DNA of 63,238 bases, filler included, from Cercozoa sp. M6MM (GCA_040357565.1; 11 parts of 11 records of this genome joined end to end with filler, not necessarily neighbours in it); one strand, 5' to 3'. Positions 41,603 through 54,962 are shown, numbered from the whole stretch's first letter. Notes: generated by a model not told the origin, from the sequence alone. Translations and numbers: made by a program.

Positions 41603-43742
41603 GGTGTTATTGCTGTTGTCGTTGTCGGTGTTGCTCTCAGCTTTGCCATCGTTGGCCTGCTCGAGGTAGGACACGAGCGTGTCGTGAAGCGTGTCCTCAG
41701 TCGACACGTCCACATCAGCAACGTTGGCGTCGTTTTCCATGTTGTCGTGCGTGTCCTCTGACACTTCCTTCACCGGCGAGGGTCGACCTGCATCACGAGG
41801 CATAGCACCAAGTCACTGGCTGAACGAGTGAAAGAGCGGGTAAGCAAGTTGGTACCAAACGTAGCCAGTGACTTGCGTCGCCGCCGTCGCTCTCGAGTGC
41901 TCAATACACTGTCGTCCACCTGCACACACATAGAGACACATGGACGGTACACATGGGCGGTACACATGGACGCTACACATGGACGGTACACATGCATAGC
42001 ACACAAAGACAATATTGATACCATCTGCATGGCCTGTTCGTGCTGCTGCCGCAGGTCGCTGCGACTGCTGTCGCCGTCGACCATGTCGGCAATCATGACG
42101 ACCTCGTGGCCGCCTCTCGGTTCTTCCGGCGTTTCTTCCTGCAGCTGCAGCTGTTGTTGCTGCTGCTTTTGCTGCTGCTGTTGCTGCTGTGGTTGTTGCT
42201 GCTTTTGCTGCTGTGGTTGTTGCTGCTGTGGTTGTTGTTGCTGCTGTTGCTGCTGTGGTTGTTGTTGCTGCTGTTGCTGCTGTGGTTGTTGTTGATGCTG
42301 TTGCTGCTGTGATTGTTGCTGTTGCGGTTGTCGCCAGCTACTGCGACTCGCTTGTGTTTGGTCCTGAGGTACAGTACAGTGAAACACGAACGGTACATGT
42401 GTAGATGGGTACCTGCGATACAGTCGGTTCCAGCAGTGCATCCAATCGGGGATCACCGATGCCTGCAAACACTAGGGGTAGAGGACGGCGGCAGACAGGG
42501 AAAACATGGCACGGCTACCCTCAAGGAAGCTTGAGCGATCAAGGAAGTCGTCGGCCTCGCTCGTGAGTTCGCGCAGCTCCTTCTTCGCGGGTTGCTGTGG
42601 CATGTGCGCACGTGTCAGTTTCGGTCCCAATTGATCCGCACATGCAGTGAATGTGAGTGGCTCAGTGAGTGAGTGAGATCAGTGAGTGGATCAATTAATG
42701 TGTGAGTGAGTGAGTGTACATCAATGGCCACTTCGAGCGATAGTTGCGGGTCCTGCGCCAACTCCGGGGCACCTGCTGTTGTCTGCACACACACATGGTG
42801 TTTTCAGTGGTAGGAAATGTATAAATATAGTAGGGAGGCGCACAGGAAGTGTGCGTGCAGGCGCGTTGGGTGAGTGCAGTCCAATGGTGGTGATTGGCAA
42901 GGGCTCAACATTGTTAAAGTCGACGTTTAGACCGCCCAAACCCATGTCCATATCCATCGACATGTCGAGGTCCATGTCCATGTCGAGATCCATGGCAACA
43001 CCGTCATGGGCGCCAGGAGAGGTCGCACCGCTGCTGGAACCGCGCATCAAACGTCGCACGTCCACCGAAGGTTCGTCTAGCAAACCCGCCAATCCGGAAC
43101 CGTCTTCTGCTGTGACAGGCACATCAGAGAGCAAGAAGCCCACATGGGGGAGAGGCAATAAATACCTGGCATGTCGGAGAAGCCGGTGCTTTCATTTAGC
43201 AACGTTGCCATCGACGGAACTTCTTCTTCTGCATCCCCTTTCTCGTGTTTTTTCGTTGCGACGTCAGTGTGGTCTTCAGCATTGTCATTGCTGCTGCTGT
43301 CACTGTTGCCATTGCTGTTGCTGTTGGTGCTGTTGGTGGCGTCGTTCAGAGGCAGCACCTGCGACGGGCGCTCCAACTGGGCCTAGATTCCATGTGTACC
43401 GTGTGCATCTCAAAATTTAAGGCAACGAAACAAAACAGTCCATGTGTACCGTGTGTTCATCTCCATCAAAAACATGGACATGCGCACCGCCAAAACTCAC
43501 GCGATGCCGTCTCTTTTCCTGTCGAAAAAGGCCATCACAAGCAAGTACATCACTCCTGATGAAGCAAGGGACACCCGAGCAGTCTTTTTGCGAAGAATGA
43601 GCGACGAGCGACGACGTTTTTTCTCCTTTGCGGTCACCCCTTCAAGCGCGGACAATTGCAACCTCACAATGTCATGTTCAAGGTGAAGTGGGTAAGTGGT
43701 ACTTGTTGGATCCAACGGAGCGTCACTTCCGGGGCCCTGCAT
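38684..43742 (-). CDS. candidate KNL1/Spc105-like kinetochore scaffold (multi-exon)
   Basis: Splicing gives KKRRRSSLILRKKTAR|EKRRHRVSFGGAHVHVFD (SILK-like + RVSF PP1-docking pair); disordered acidic region with MDLDMDMD/polyQ; C-terminal coiled coil. The 3' end is approximate. Confidence 0.5.
42140..42325 (-). repeat. CAG/CAA polyglutamine-coding repeat
   Basis: Minus-strand ORF 41770-42468 reads QQQQ..PQQQ. Confidence 0.85.
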
Positions 43743-44005
43743 ACGCAGGTTTACCAAAAGCACAATAGGCACACACAGGCACAGGTCGCATGTGCACAAC
43801 ACGTTGCGATCTGATCAATCAAATTTATTTTAAACTTTATTGCCAGTTTGGACTTTTTTGACCGGAATGATCCACTGCATAGACACCCGAATCACACGCA
43901 CACAGTATGCCTGCTGGAGTGTTACTTCATTAGAGGACTTCTGGTTGCTTCGACGCCGCCAGAATTAGAGCCATCGGGCAATATATTTGTGTGTCCGATC
44001 GCGTG

Positions 44006-45906
44006 ATGTCGTATGATCTTTTTGTTCTCCGCTTTTCTTTCATGTGTTTTTATCGTCCGCGTATTGCTGAGCAGGCGATATCGGCGTTCAGGATCAAGAT
44101 CGAGGTGCTTTTACTCGAACACCGGTTTGAGTGATAATGCGCTGTTAAGTCAGGCACCGGCGAAGATCGCGGTCGCGGTCGCGGCATCGTCGTCACCATG
44201 ACCGAGACCATGGCCGAAACCGCTCTCGTTCGCGGCATGGACGTCACACTCCACAGCGAAGACGTGAACGAAACAGGTCTAACGACCAGGAGCACCGATC
44301 ATCTCGCGGCAGGCGCGGGTCATCGAGTGAGCGCGGCAGCACTCGAGACGGTGGGACTTCTCACGCCGAAACCTGCGTGAAAGAAGCGACGCAAGTCGCC
44401 GTTGCGGTTGCAGTTGCAACCAAGAGTGACACTGACACAAAGAAGCAAACAAAGCTCCCACTGCGACGAGTCGTGCGTCGGCGCAAGGTGAAGAAGAAGG
44501 CAGCTCCACAGGACCTGTCGCTTGAAGTTCGGCAGGTATCACACTCGCCCTTCCTTGCTGACTTTTCTCCTTTCTTTTGCCGAGTGTCCTTTTTTGCTGC
44601 AGTTGAAGGCGATGCTTGCGCAACCCGCCGCTCTAGCGAGTCGAACTTTCTTAACGGAAAAAAACGACTTTGAAATCGTTGAAGCAGCCGTCGAAAGAGT
44701 CACCGACAAAACCACTGTCGAACAAGCTACTGTCGAAAAAACTGCTGAAACGACTGCCGAAGCTGGCAATGGTGAGAGCATCGAAGCAACAGCGATTGTC
44801 GAAGCCGACAAAGTAACTCTCGACACGGACAACGAAGCAAGTGTTGAAGCAACCGTCGAAGCAGCTGGCGAAGCACCTTTTGCAGCAACTGTCAAAGCGG
44901 CAGTCGAAGCAGTTGAAGCAGTTGTCGAAACCAGTGCGTTCTTTTCTATACAGTATATGCTCATGTACACTAAATGTTGTTATTAATATGTGTTGTGCAT
45001 TTGTATAACTCATGTCTAATCATGTGCACGTGTAGCACGACGCAGACGAAAGAAGCGCCGCCGTCTCGGACTCACCGACTGGCCGTATGTGTTGTTGTCT
45101 TGTTGCCCTGTTGCCTCTTGGGGTGTGTGGTGCGGTGTATACATATGTGTATGTATGTGTGTGTGTGTGCCATGTGCAGTTGGCAGTTCGAGTACGCGCC
45201 GGCGGAGTCGCAGCTGAGTGCGCCGAGCCTACCGCCCGAGATGCAGCCCATGCCGCCGCAGCTGTCGCGCAACGCCTTTAGCGTGCACGCGCGCATCGTT
45301 GGCACTGTTGATGACGATGACGCTGATGATTACGTCGACAGTGACACCAACGGCGACAATGACGGTGACTCTGACGGTGTGCCCGACAACTGCGTCGACA
45401 TCGACTTTGACACCGGCAAGTGCACCTACCATTCTCGAGGTACATGCTTGATCTGAGTGATCTTTGAGTGACCATTGAGTGATCATTGAGTGACCACGTG
45501 TGTGTGTACTGTAGGTGCCACCAAACGGACCGTCAAACGCGCACCACTGGTCAACCTACTGGAGCAGGCCTACAAGCGGAACATCGAGGTCTACCCGGGC
45601 TTCTTAACCGACATGCGCAAGCGACTATCGGTACTGCTGACACCCCCCCCCCGACTGTCATATCAAGTATGAGGCTGCATGTGCAGAATGTGCTGCGAGT
45701 GCGGCACTACTGTCGCCTGTGCGGCAGCGTCCTGTGCGATCCCGCCGAGCATGCCAACGACGGTGTAGTGTCGCCCTACGGTCCCGGCACACTGTGTCGA
45801 GAGCACCTGTTGATGCTGCGTGAGTGGTACCAATCACTCACTGACTCACTCACTTAGGTTGACGTGTGTGTGTATGTGTAGGCGTGACGGTGCCAAGTAC
45901 AGAGAG
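44006..45906 (+). CDS. hypothetical protein with RS-rich N-terminus, acidic A/E/T/V region and Cys/His cluster (3' truncated)
   Basis: ATG TC|intron|G CGA.. gives MSRYRRSGSRSRHRRRSRSRSRHRR; later exon HYCRLCGSVLCD..H..LCREH. Confidence 0.55.
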
Positions 45907-45955
45907 GTACCTTATCCCACTCGGTCGGTTTGATGCACTGATACATGTATGTATG

Positions 45956-46070
<115 letters not shown>

Positions 46071-46170
46071 NNNNNNNNNNNNNNNNNNNNNNNNNNNNNN
46101 NNNNNNNNNNNNNNTTAATTAATTAANNNNNNNNNNNNNNNNNNNNNNNNNNNNNNNNNNNNNNNNNNNN

Positions 46171-46200
<30 letters not shown>

Positions 46201-46201
<1 letters not shown>

Positions 46202-46654
46202 TGGATATGGTAGAGTTGCTGTACGCTTTGTTTCCATTGGCACGAGGCGACGAAATCGCGTTAATGCAAAGATGGGTTGCGCAAAGGCCGGTTGAGAGAA
46301 TTGAAATCCAGCAACTCTGCCACTTGTTTGAGTTGCTTACTATGGTGACGGACTCTCGCGGAAGAATCGCATCAGCTAGCAAGCTCGAAGAAATTCAACT
46401 CGCTTCCGACCGAGCTTTAGCATCAACGTGCGACTTGTGAGTTGTTGATGTTGCACTGCACCCTCAAAAGGAAGCATCACTCTGTTGCTCTTCATAGGAA
46501 CAACGGGGTCGATGAGTTGCGTCAAGAACGTGAGAAGCTCGACAAAGAAGACAGCTCGCAACATCCACTGTTTTTGTCGATGGCGCCTCACTTTCCCATT
46601 GAGGGTTCTGGAGAAGGAAGTATTCGTGGCGTCCCTTTCAACGTATCAAAGTGA
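46201..46654 (+). CDS. 3' end of a hypothetical protein
   Basis: Two ORF segments joinable by a GT-AG intron, ending FNVSK-TGA. Confidence 0.4.
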
Positions 46655-46855
46655 CCAAACCCACTAGACACAACGCTATAGATAATTATTTGCATGCACA
46701 GCCCCGTTCCACTCGCTTGCTGCCTCATGTGTTTGTAGCGTGTGTGAGGCGCGTTTCCAACCTGCGTCACTTTGCAATGCACTGTACGATTTACCTGAAC
46801 TACACCTCCCTGCGTAAATCTAGGTCGATGTAAACACATGTGTTGCGTAGTCACA

Positions 46856-48179
46856 ATGAGTGAGTTGGCTCAGATGAGTTCCGACACTGCGTCGATCAGT
46901 GCGCAAGAAGCCTCCGAATTGGCGGCTTCGCGCGCCGCAAGCAAAGCACGGAAAGGAGGGCGCCGCCAAAAGCTGTCTCCGTCTTCACCGGTCTATATGC
47001 ACCAAGCGGTCTTGCTCTTGTTGTCGAAACACCCTGCGCGCACGCAGCGGCAAGCGCTTCTGTGGTGCATCTCGCAACGCTTCAGTCGATTGCAGAAGCA
47101 AGTAAAGTTGATTCAAACTAATTTACTGTAGTCAAACATGAACACATGTTCTCATGTTGTAAGTTTATTTGTGATTTTTGATGTAAATTTAGAGGTTGCT
47201 GGCACTGTTTGAGGAAATTGGAAACCCAAAAAAGGCGAAAACAGAATCGGATGAGTCTCCAGAAAAGCCTTCTTTGCCTCGACACTCCAGAAAGATCCGG
47301 CAGCTGCTCGCGAGCACTCGTCATCTCTCGCGTTTGAGGCTGAGTCCTGGAGAGTTCTATGTACATAGTGACTCCCTCCCCTGTTCCAGGGCTGTTTCCA
47401 TTACTGCCGTGTTGTTGGAGCAGAAAGTCCTCGCCAGTAACCGACGGTCGTGCTGCCTTGCCTCGGAGGACATTGACTACTTTATGGAAATAATCCAGCG
47501 CTCTCGTAGGGACCGTGTCGACTTGGACGAGCTAGTCGAACAGCTTGCGTGCGTTCAGTCACGAATACATCGACTGTAAGTTTTAGAACTGAATTTACTG
47601 TAGGCAACCTTCTTTCGTCGACCAGCTTCAAGCAACAAGGTACGGGTTGTTCTACCGCACCGTCTCTTATTTGAGAAGCATCTGGTAAACGCAAAATATC
47701 AGGGACGCGTACTTTGCTGGCAAGGAAGACTTTCTCTACGGGGAAGCACGACGAAAAGAGCGCCTGGAGACGGCGAAAACCAAGTTCCGTCGAGGGATTT
47801 TCGCGATGCGTTTCCTTGGGATTGGAAGCTGGAAGACGTACTCTTTCGGAGACGCCTTTGCAGAAGACCCCACGAAGAAGCAAACGACGAAAACGACGAC
47901 TCTCGCCGAGAAACAACGACAAAAAGCCGCCGATCGCGTGGCTGCTGCAGAGTAAATTGAATGCCCGTTTATATCTTATGTCCGTTTATTTACTCCGACT
48001 TGGTGTCACAGGCTGGTCGCGGCGCAGGTGGAAGGCGCAAGAGCAGCTTCGGCAGGCATCAAGTTCGTTGTCGACTTTGACTTCATCTCTGGCGAAGAGC
48101 GGAAGCGACGTACGTCTCTACCCACTGCGGCACAGGTACCGTCTGCCCCTGGTTCTTGCTTTTGATGACGACACACACA

Positions 48180-48241
<62 letters not shown>

Positions 48242-48325
48242 GTCTCGTGGCAGCCACAAGAACCGAGTCGGCGACAGCGACGCCGGACTATCAGAAGCCT
48301 GCTCGAAACAGGAACCTCAAAATAA
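46856..48325 (+). CDS. hypothetical basic protein (multi-exon)
   Basis: MSELAQMSSD.. exons with GT-AG boundaries; 3' end uncertain. Confidence 0.45.
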
Positions 48326-48480
48326 TAAGACCAGCAGTCTCTGTTTCTGCTGAATGTCTTCCGTTCTGCAGCCAAACAAGCAAGCCAGCTTCGCATCGCT
48401 TGCGCTTTGCCCGTGCTCGACCCCGGTCTCGCCTGTCGGGTCTGATCTTGATCATGATCAGACTCGAGCTATGTGTTGCC

Positions 48481-48755
48481 GCAGCCTTTAGTAAATCACG
48501 CTTTGGCAGTGCAAAAAAGTACTGTGCCAGGAAAAAGACTAAAGAAACAAATGGAATCGACATGAAGTATTAAGTCAGTAGACGTAGTCAGTTCAGATGT
48601 AGTTACCCGATAGAGTGGTCAAAGTACAGGAAGGTAGACTGGTCGGGAAGAGAAGCCCGGCAGTAGTTCGTCAGAAGAAGGACGGAGAAGGAGAAACGTA
48701 AAAAGGGCTCTCTGTGCTGGAAAGGCAGCAACAAGGGATTACGTGTGAGTGCAAG
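48481..48755. mobile_element. dispersed repeat, copy 1 (probable transposable-element remnant; may extend to about 49000)
   Basis: Colinear similarity to 56574-56823 (GCAGCCTTTAGT..GTACTRTGCCAGGAAAAA..CGTAGTCAGTT..AGTACAGGAAGRTAGACTGGT..GTCAGAAGAAGGA..CGTAAAAAGG(G)CTCTCTGTGCTGG..GCAACAAGGGAWTACGYGTGAG). Confidence 0.7.
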
Positions 48756-49196
48756 GACTGGGGCCTGGAGAGGTGCTTTACCTGGTCAGTAGAGAGCCTT
48801 TCCAGGAAAGGAGAAAGGAGAAATCTATGCTAACCAAGCACAGGGTTTGGAGGTTAGCAGCACTCTCGGGAAGGTCAGGGTACCAGACAAACAACACACC
48901 ACTCTTTAAGGGTCCTGAGTGATATCCCGCGCGGAGCAGCAGGGTTCAGACAGACCCGACTGACCGGATGGAGAAATATGCGTGCGCGCACGTATATACG
49001 AGGCTACGCTACCGTACTGTAAGTTAAATTAAACCGAACGAATGGAAATAAAGAACGGACTGGGAAAATTTAAAGCTGCCGTCGCGTAAGCATGCGCTCG
49101 GCTGGCGAGCTGATACGCGGCGCACCAGCGACCTCGTGTCGCGCCCGCACCGGACATTCAACGCAGTTGCGGGAGCGTTACCCGCACATATGTGCG

Positions 49197-50778
49197 CTAT
49201 GTCGAATCACTACTGTCGGCGGTAACACTGACAGCGGTATCAGCGGCAGCGTAGTCGCCGCGAAGTTGCAGCAGCGCGCGCAGCGGCGGCTGTGGCGGCC
49301 AGGTCTCTTCGTCGACCTCCTGTGCACTCCCGCCAGAGAAATAAATACACTACTCCTCCTGTTCTAGTTGAGGGAGGGAAAGGTAAGGTACCGGTGACAG
49401 GATGGAAAAGTCCTGGGCGAACGTGTTCTCGCAGGATTGGAAGAACGACAGCGTTTCTCTAAGCGTACTTCATCTAACCTTCTCTTGACACCCGGTTACC
49501 CCCTGTTCCCTCCGGTAGAAAAAAGACACAACGCACTGTGACAAGTCGAATTCGTTGAGTTGTTGCATGGAGCGATTCACGTGGCGGTTTCGGGCCACGC
49601 GCTGTGCCGATGACGTCTACGCATTCGACAAGTGTACACACAGAATACATACACTAATACACACGTATATGCATACTAACATACATACATACATACATAC
49701 ATACATACATACATACATACATNNNNNNNNNNACATACATACATACATACATACATACATACATACATACATACATGCATACAGACATACATACATGCAT
49801 ACATACAGACGTACATGCATACATACATACGTACATGCATACATACATACATACATACATACATACATACATACATACATACATACATACATACTCACCA
49901 GACAGGCAGTTATACACACACACATCTATATATATATAGGTACCGATTTGGGTGTCAGCAGCACCTGCACAAAGGACACACCGAGGAAGGATAGGGGTAA
50001 GGAGGAGAGGTGGGGGGTAAAGAAGGGCTCGAGACCTTGTTGTTGCGATCCAGCAGCGGCGTCGACGGCGCCGAACCCGAGGCTCGCACCAGTCCTGTAT
50101 GTGGTCACATGGGTCCACGTGGGTAACGTGTCAGTCACTCAGTCAGCGGTCACATGGGTCACTTGTTACCCTGAGCGACCCACTGCTTCACCTTCTCGGG
50201 CGACAAGGTTGTCTATACCCATACACACAGATAGTATCCGCCCAAAACATGACAGAGCAAGGCAGTTCAGGGTGTACAGGTTGTTCGGTGACATCGTCGT
50301 CCCAGTCTGAAACGTCGCTCGCCGTGTCGACTGCCTCCTGTCAAACACACTACCATACCAGCAAGCTTGTTGGGGGGAGGGGCATACCTTGCCGCTCACA
50401 TCCATCTCACTACTACGCAGGGTAAAGAGGGGGGTAAAGCGGGAGGTAAAGAGGGGTAAAGAGGGCATAAGAAGGGGGTAAAGAGGGGGGGGGGGGGGGG
50501 GGGGTAAGAGTACACGTCGCCGTCGTCGTCGCCGTCGTGCGCCGCGTCGACGTCGTCGCTGACGCTGCCGAAGCCGCTGACAGTCGACAGCGTCTGCGCG
50601 TCCCACGAGGCGCCTTGTTCGTGCTGCGCACGTGTCCATCCGGTGATCAATTGATCGATCAGTGATCACCCCAGTGACCACCCAGTGATTATACTGATCG
50701 ATCATACCTCATCATTGTCGTCAAAGTCGTCGTGGAAGTCGTCGTCGCCCAACACGCCTGAGCCAGAGTCGCCACCTG
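49197..50778 (-). CDS. 3' part of a hypothetical acidic protein (multi-exon)
   Basis: Short D/E-rich exons (DDDFHDDFDDNDE; SDWDDDVTEQP; EVDEETWPPQPP..DST-TAG) between repeat-filled introns. Confidence 0.5.
49680..49893 (+). repeat. (CATA)n tetranucleotide microsatellite (intronic)
   Basis: Direct inspection. Confidence 0.95.
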
Positions 50779-50951
50779 GGGNNNNNNNNNNNNNNNNNNN
50801 NNNNNNNNNNNNNNNNNNNNNNNNNTTAATTAATTAANNNNNNNNNNNNNNNNNNNNNNNNNNNNNNNNNNNNNNNNNNNNTGGTTTTTTTTTTTCCCCC
50901 CCCTTTTCCCCCCCTTTTCCCCCCTTTTCCCCCCCCCCCCCCCCCGTGCAG

Positions 50952-52166
50952 ACGTGCAGGTGTACGACTGGGACGGTCTGCTCGACGACATGGTAGTCCA
51001 CGTGACTAAGTGACTGGGTGACTGACGGTGCAATTGATCTCTCCGTATGCAGGTGGGCGAAACCGTCATTGATCTCGAGAATCGGTGGTTCTCGCAGCAG
51101 TGGCGCAACATGTATGCAGATTTACCCGCCGCCCCGGGGGGGCCCCCTCCCCCCCTACCTACCCTACCCCCCTACCTACCCCCTACCTACCCCCCCCCCA
51201 GTTGGCCGTTCGACCGCAAGCCGCTGGAGAAGCGTTCGTTGATGTGCCGCACGTCGACGGTGGCGCAGGGCCAGATCGAGTTGTACCCCAGCCTACCCCC
51301 ACACACCTTACCTTACTCCCTCCCCTCCCCCAGGTGTGTGGAGATGATGACGCCGGAGGAGGCCAAGGTGTCGCCGCTGTGGGACATTACGCCGCCACCG
51401 CCGGTGCCGTACGAGCTGCGTCTGGTGATCTGGCGTGCCAAGGACTGCGCCATCAAGGACACGCTCACCGACATGAACGACTTGTTCTGCGCCGCCACTC
51501 TCGACATCGAGGGCGGTAACTTTAACCCCCTACCCTCTTTCCTCTTTTACCCCACGCCTTGCAGTCAAGATGCAGCGCACGGACACACACTACCGTTCGC
51601 AGAATGGCAAAGGCTCCTTCAATTGTACGTCTTTCCTCAGCCCTCTCCCTACTTACACCCTTACACCCCCCCCCCCCCCCCCAGGGCGCATGAAGTTCCC
51701 AGTCGAACTGCCACGACCGAAGGGGTCCACGTGGCCGCGTCTGCGACTGCAGGTAGTTGTTATCCCTCCCATCCCCCTCCCTCTTCCCCTACTCTGTACC
51801 CGAGCAGGTGTGGGACAAGGACCTGCTGAGCACGAACGACGCGATAGCCGAGGCGTCGATCTCGCTGGCCGGGTTCCTGCGGAAGGCCATGCGCAGCACG
51901 GACCGCGTGGTCATGAAGCGACGCGGCAGCGAACGGTTCTGGCTCGAGCTGCGGCATCCGGACCAGGAGGGCTCGCAGGCCAAGCTGGAGGTGTCGCTGC
52001 AGATCGTGCCCAAGTCGCTGTGTCCGGCCTACCCGGCCGGCCTGGGTCGCGGCGAGCCCAACATGAACCCGAGCCTGCCTCCGCCCGAGGGACGCATGCG
52101 CTGGACACTCAACCCGTTCAGTATGATGCGACAACTCATGGGCAATCGAGTACTCCTCTCTCTCTC

Positions 52167-52224
<58 letters not shown>

Positions 52225-52234
52225 NNNNNNNNNN

Positions 52235-52285
<51 letters not shown>

Positions 52286-52415
52286 ATATTTATTATGTGT
52301 GCTTGGGTAGTTCTGCTGCAAGTGCATCCTGCTGCTGCTGCTGTTCCTCTTCATCCTGTCGATCCCGATGATGTTCAGCAACATCATGCAGAAGATCATG
52401 TTCCCGTTCCTGTAG
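50952..52415 (+). CDS. ferlin-family protein, C-terminal C2 domains and transmembrane anchor (5' truncated)
   Basis: VYDWD..VGETVIDLENRWF, YELRLVIW, QRTDTHYRS..GKGSFNWRMKFP, LQVWDKD..ND, GLGRGEPN.NP.LPPP.GR, hydrophobic tail CILLLLLFLFILSIP; TAG at 52415. Confidence 0.9.
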
Positions 52416-53088
52416 TGCTGTACAGCGCGAGCCCCAAGCCGGAGTAACTCGATTGGCACTGCGCGCCGGGTTTTCGTTTCTTTTGTTGACGTGACTTACT
52501 TCACTAACGTAAGCTACGAGTTCTGCTAGCGACGATGCGATGCGTCGAGTACAGACGAGTATCAAATGCGATCGGTTGAATCCAAAAGCTTTACAGCGAA
52601 CTGTTGGTTAGCATTTGCGACACAAAAAGGCCAGGCGCGAGGGGACAACCCCCGCGATTAAACGCTAATTTACAGTGCTTAAAGCCAGGGTGTCATAATG
52701 TCCTTCAACAACGCCTCAACCTCATTGAAAGCGCTTGCGACGCAACTTTCCTCGGGACTTCAGGTCAGCTGACTGTAAATAACACAGGTGCCCAATCTCT
52801 GAAAAGTTGGGGGAATATAGCCCGGGATTCCCCGTATAAACCTTGCCCAGGAAGAGCCCCGCGTCCTGGCGACTCTGCATGCCGCACCCACGCCACGTTT
52901 CTTCAAACAAACCAGTCTGCCATGTTTGGTCTTTACAAAACGAACAGATTGGCGCGTCTGTCTAAAAACGCTGGTTGTCTGAAAGATTGGTCTCGGACAC
53001 TCGGTTGTCGATTCGTTCTGCGTGTGACTGGCAACAACTTCTGAACTTTGTCAATAGGATTCGCGATGCGCTTGTTACTCGCTGCACT

Positions 53089-54740
53089 ATGTGTGCTTTC
53101 GGTTGTCACATGTGCAAGCGCTTCCAACAACGCTTCTACCTCATTGAAAGCGAGCGATGCAGCTGCTTTCAAACGCGGCTCGGGTGAGTTCGTTACTTAG
53201 TATGGAAAATAGGAACTGAAGACCTGCCAACTGGAAGTAAGTTTCAACTTTTTGTTGCCGTTGCAGACGAAACTGCGACGAAACGTTCGCTCAGCGAACG
53301 CTTTCGTAACTGGAGAAGCAAGTCAAAGCAGCCGACTTCTTCTGTGGACTCGTCTTCACAGCAGTATTGTTGACTTCAAGTTGAGCTTTCAAATTTAATT
53401 AACCCTTGTGCGTGGCGTGGCATGCTGGAAATTCGATTGCTTGGCAGGAGCAAGACCAAGACGCGTTCGCGAAGTGAACCCATCACAGCGGCGCAACTAC
53501 GGGCATTTGAGAACAGAGATGTTCTCGCACCGAACGACGATGAACCCTACGCTGCCATGGTAGAGAGCACAAATAGTATAACAACTTAACTCAACTGTTT
53601 TGACGAAAATCGTTCTTATGACTTGCAGCTTCGTCAGCAACAAACCTTCCGCGAGACGGCCCCTCCAGTGCCTATTGCTCCTGCACCAGTAAGTTCTTGT
53701 CTCTTTCTTCCATGGAATCATAGATTATGCACTGCTGTAGACGCGAATCGCAAAGAAGCGAAGCAAGAAGGCGGTTCTTCCGTTGATTCTGGACAACAGT
53801 TCGCCCGCCAAGGTCGACTCAAAGAAACTGCGAGACATGTTCCAGACCTCGTCGGTGAGTGAGCTGTCCGTCGTATAGATTTTGCCAGTTTTTCGGGTCC
53901 TTAACAGATGGCAGACTGGATGTTTGGCGTTGCAGTTTGGTCATGTGCATGACCACGAGATGCGCGGCTTCGACCTCGCGCATCAGTTTGAACTGACCAA
54001 CTACAAGACGGTACACTCTTTACCGTAGTTTGGATGTCCGGTACACTGAATACCGTACCGTTTGTACAGACAGTGAGTCAGCACAAGGAGTCGCTGTACG
54101 GCGCCGGAGCAATGCTGCGCTCTCTAGCGGTGGACGACGCCATTCGCGACCTGGCCCGCGTTGATGAACTGTGGAACTGGCTAAAGTACAGCTGCTACAA
54201 TTTCGGCATTGTGCAGCCATCGCCGCAGACCGAGCGCATTGTTGTATCTCTTGTCTTTGATTGCATACCGATAATACCTGTGCCTCGAGAGTTGCACTTG
54301 TGTACGACTGTAAATACAGTACAATGAGGCTGTGGTGGAGCAACTACCCAAACGGTTCGTGCGAGCATTCCGTGCCTTTTTCGAGAAGGCCAATGACGGC
54401 ATCTGGATTAAGGAAAGCATCGTTGAAGACGCCATTCGTACTTTGGACAGCCAGGTTGACACTTCTAATATTTGCTTTCATGTGCAACTTCCGTTTCGTC
54501 ACTTTCTACCCTGACAAAGCAGGTGTTCAATGGCATCACTCCCGTGCGTATCGAAAGCATTGCCAACGTCTTCCTTGGCGTCTGGGCGCTGCCTGCAGAT
54601 GGTAAATGACACCTGGATAACTATTGTCATTAGTCAGTATTTAACAGTTTAACAATTGGTACTTTAGAGGTACGCATGCGAGTCGAGTTCCTCGAGACGG
54701 CCCTGAAGTGTAAGAATATCGAATTTGATTTAAACTGAAC
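53089..54740 (+). CDS. hypothetical protein (multi-exon)
   Basis: Series of GT-AG-bounded ORF segments (e.g. SLAVDDAIRDLARVDELWNWLKY; LPKRFVRAFRAFFEKA); no recognised domain. Confidence 0.5.
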
Positions 54741-54744
54741 TGCT

Positions 54745-54791
<47 letters not shown>

Positions 54792-54895
54792 NNNNNNNNN
54801 NNNNNNNNNNNNNNNNNNNNNNNNNNNNNNNNNNNTTAATTAATTAANNNNNNNNNNNNNNNNNNNNNNNNNNNNNNNNNNNNNNNNNNNNCACA

Positions 54896-54950
<55 letters not shown>

Positions 54951-54962
54951 AAGAAAAACGCA

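Noticed and set aside
48655-48690. Hammerhead ribozyme core (CTGACGA on the minus strand) in the dispersed repeat
   Set aside because: No properly placed GAAA or stems, and the motif is not conserved in the second copy.
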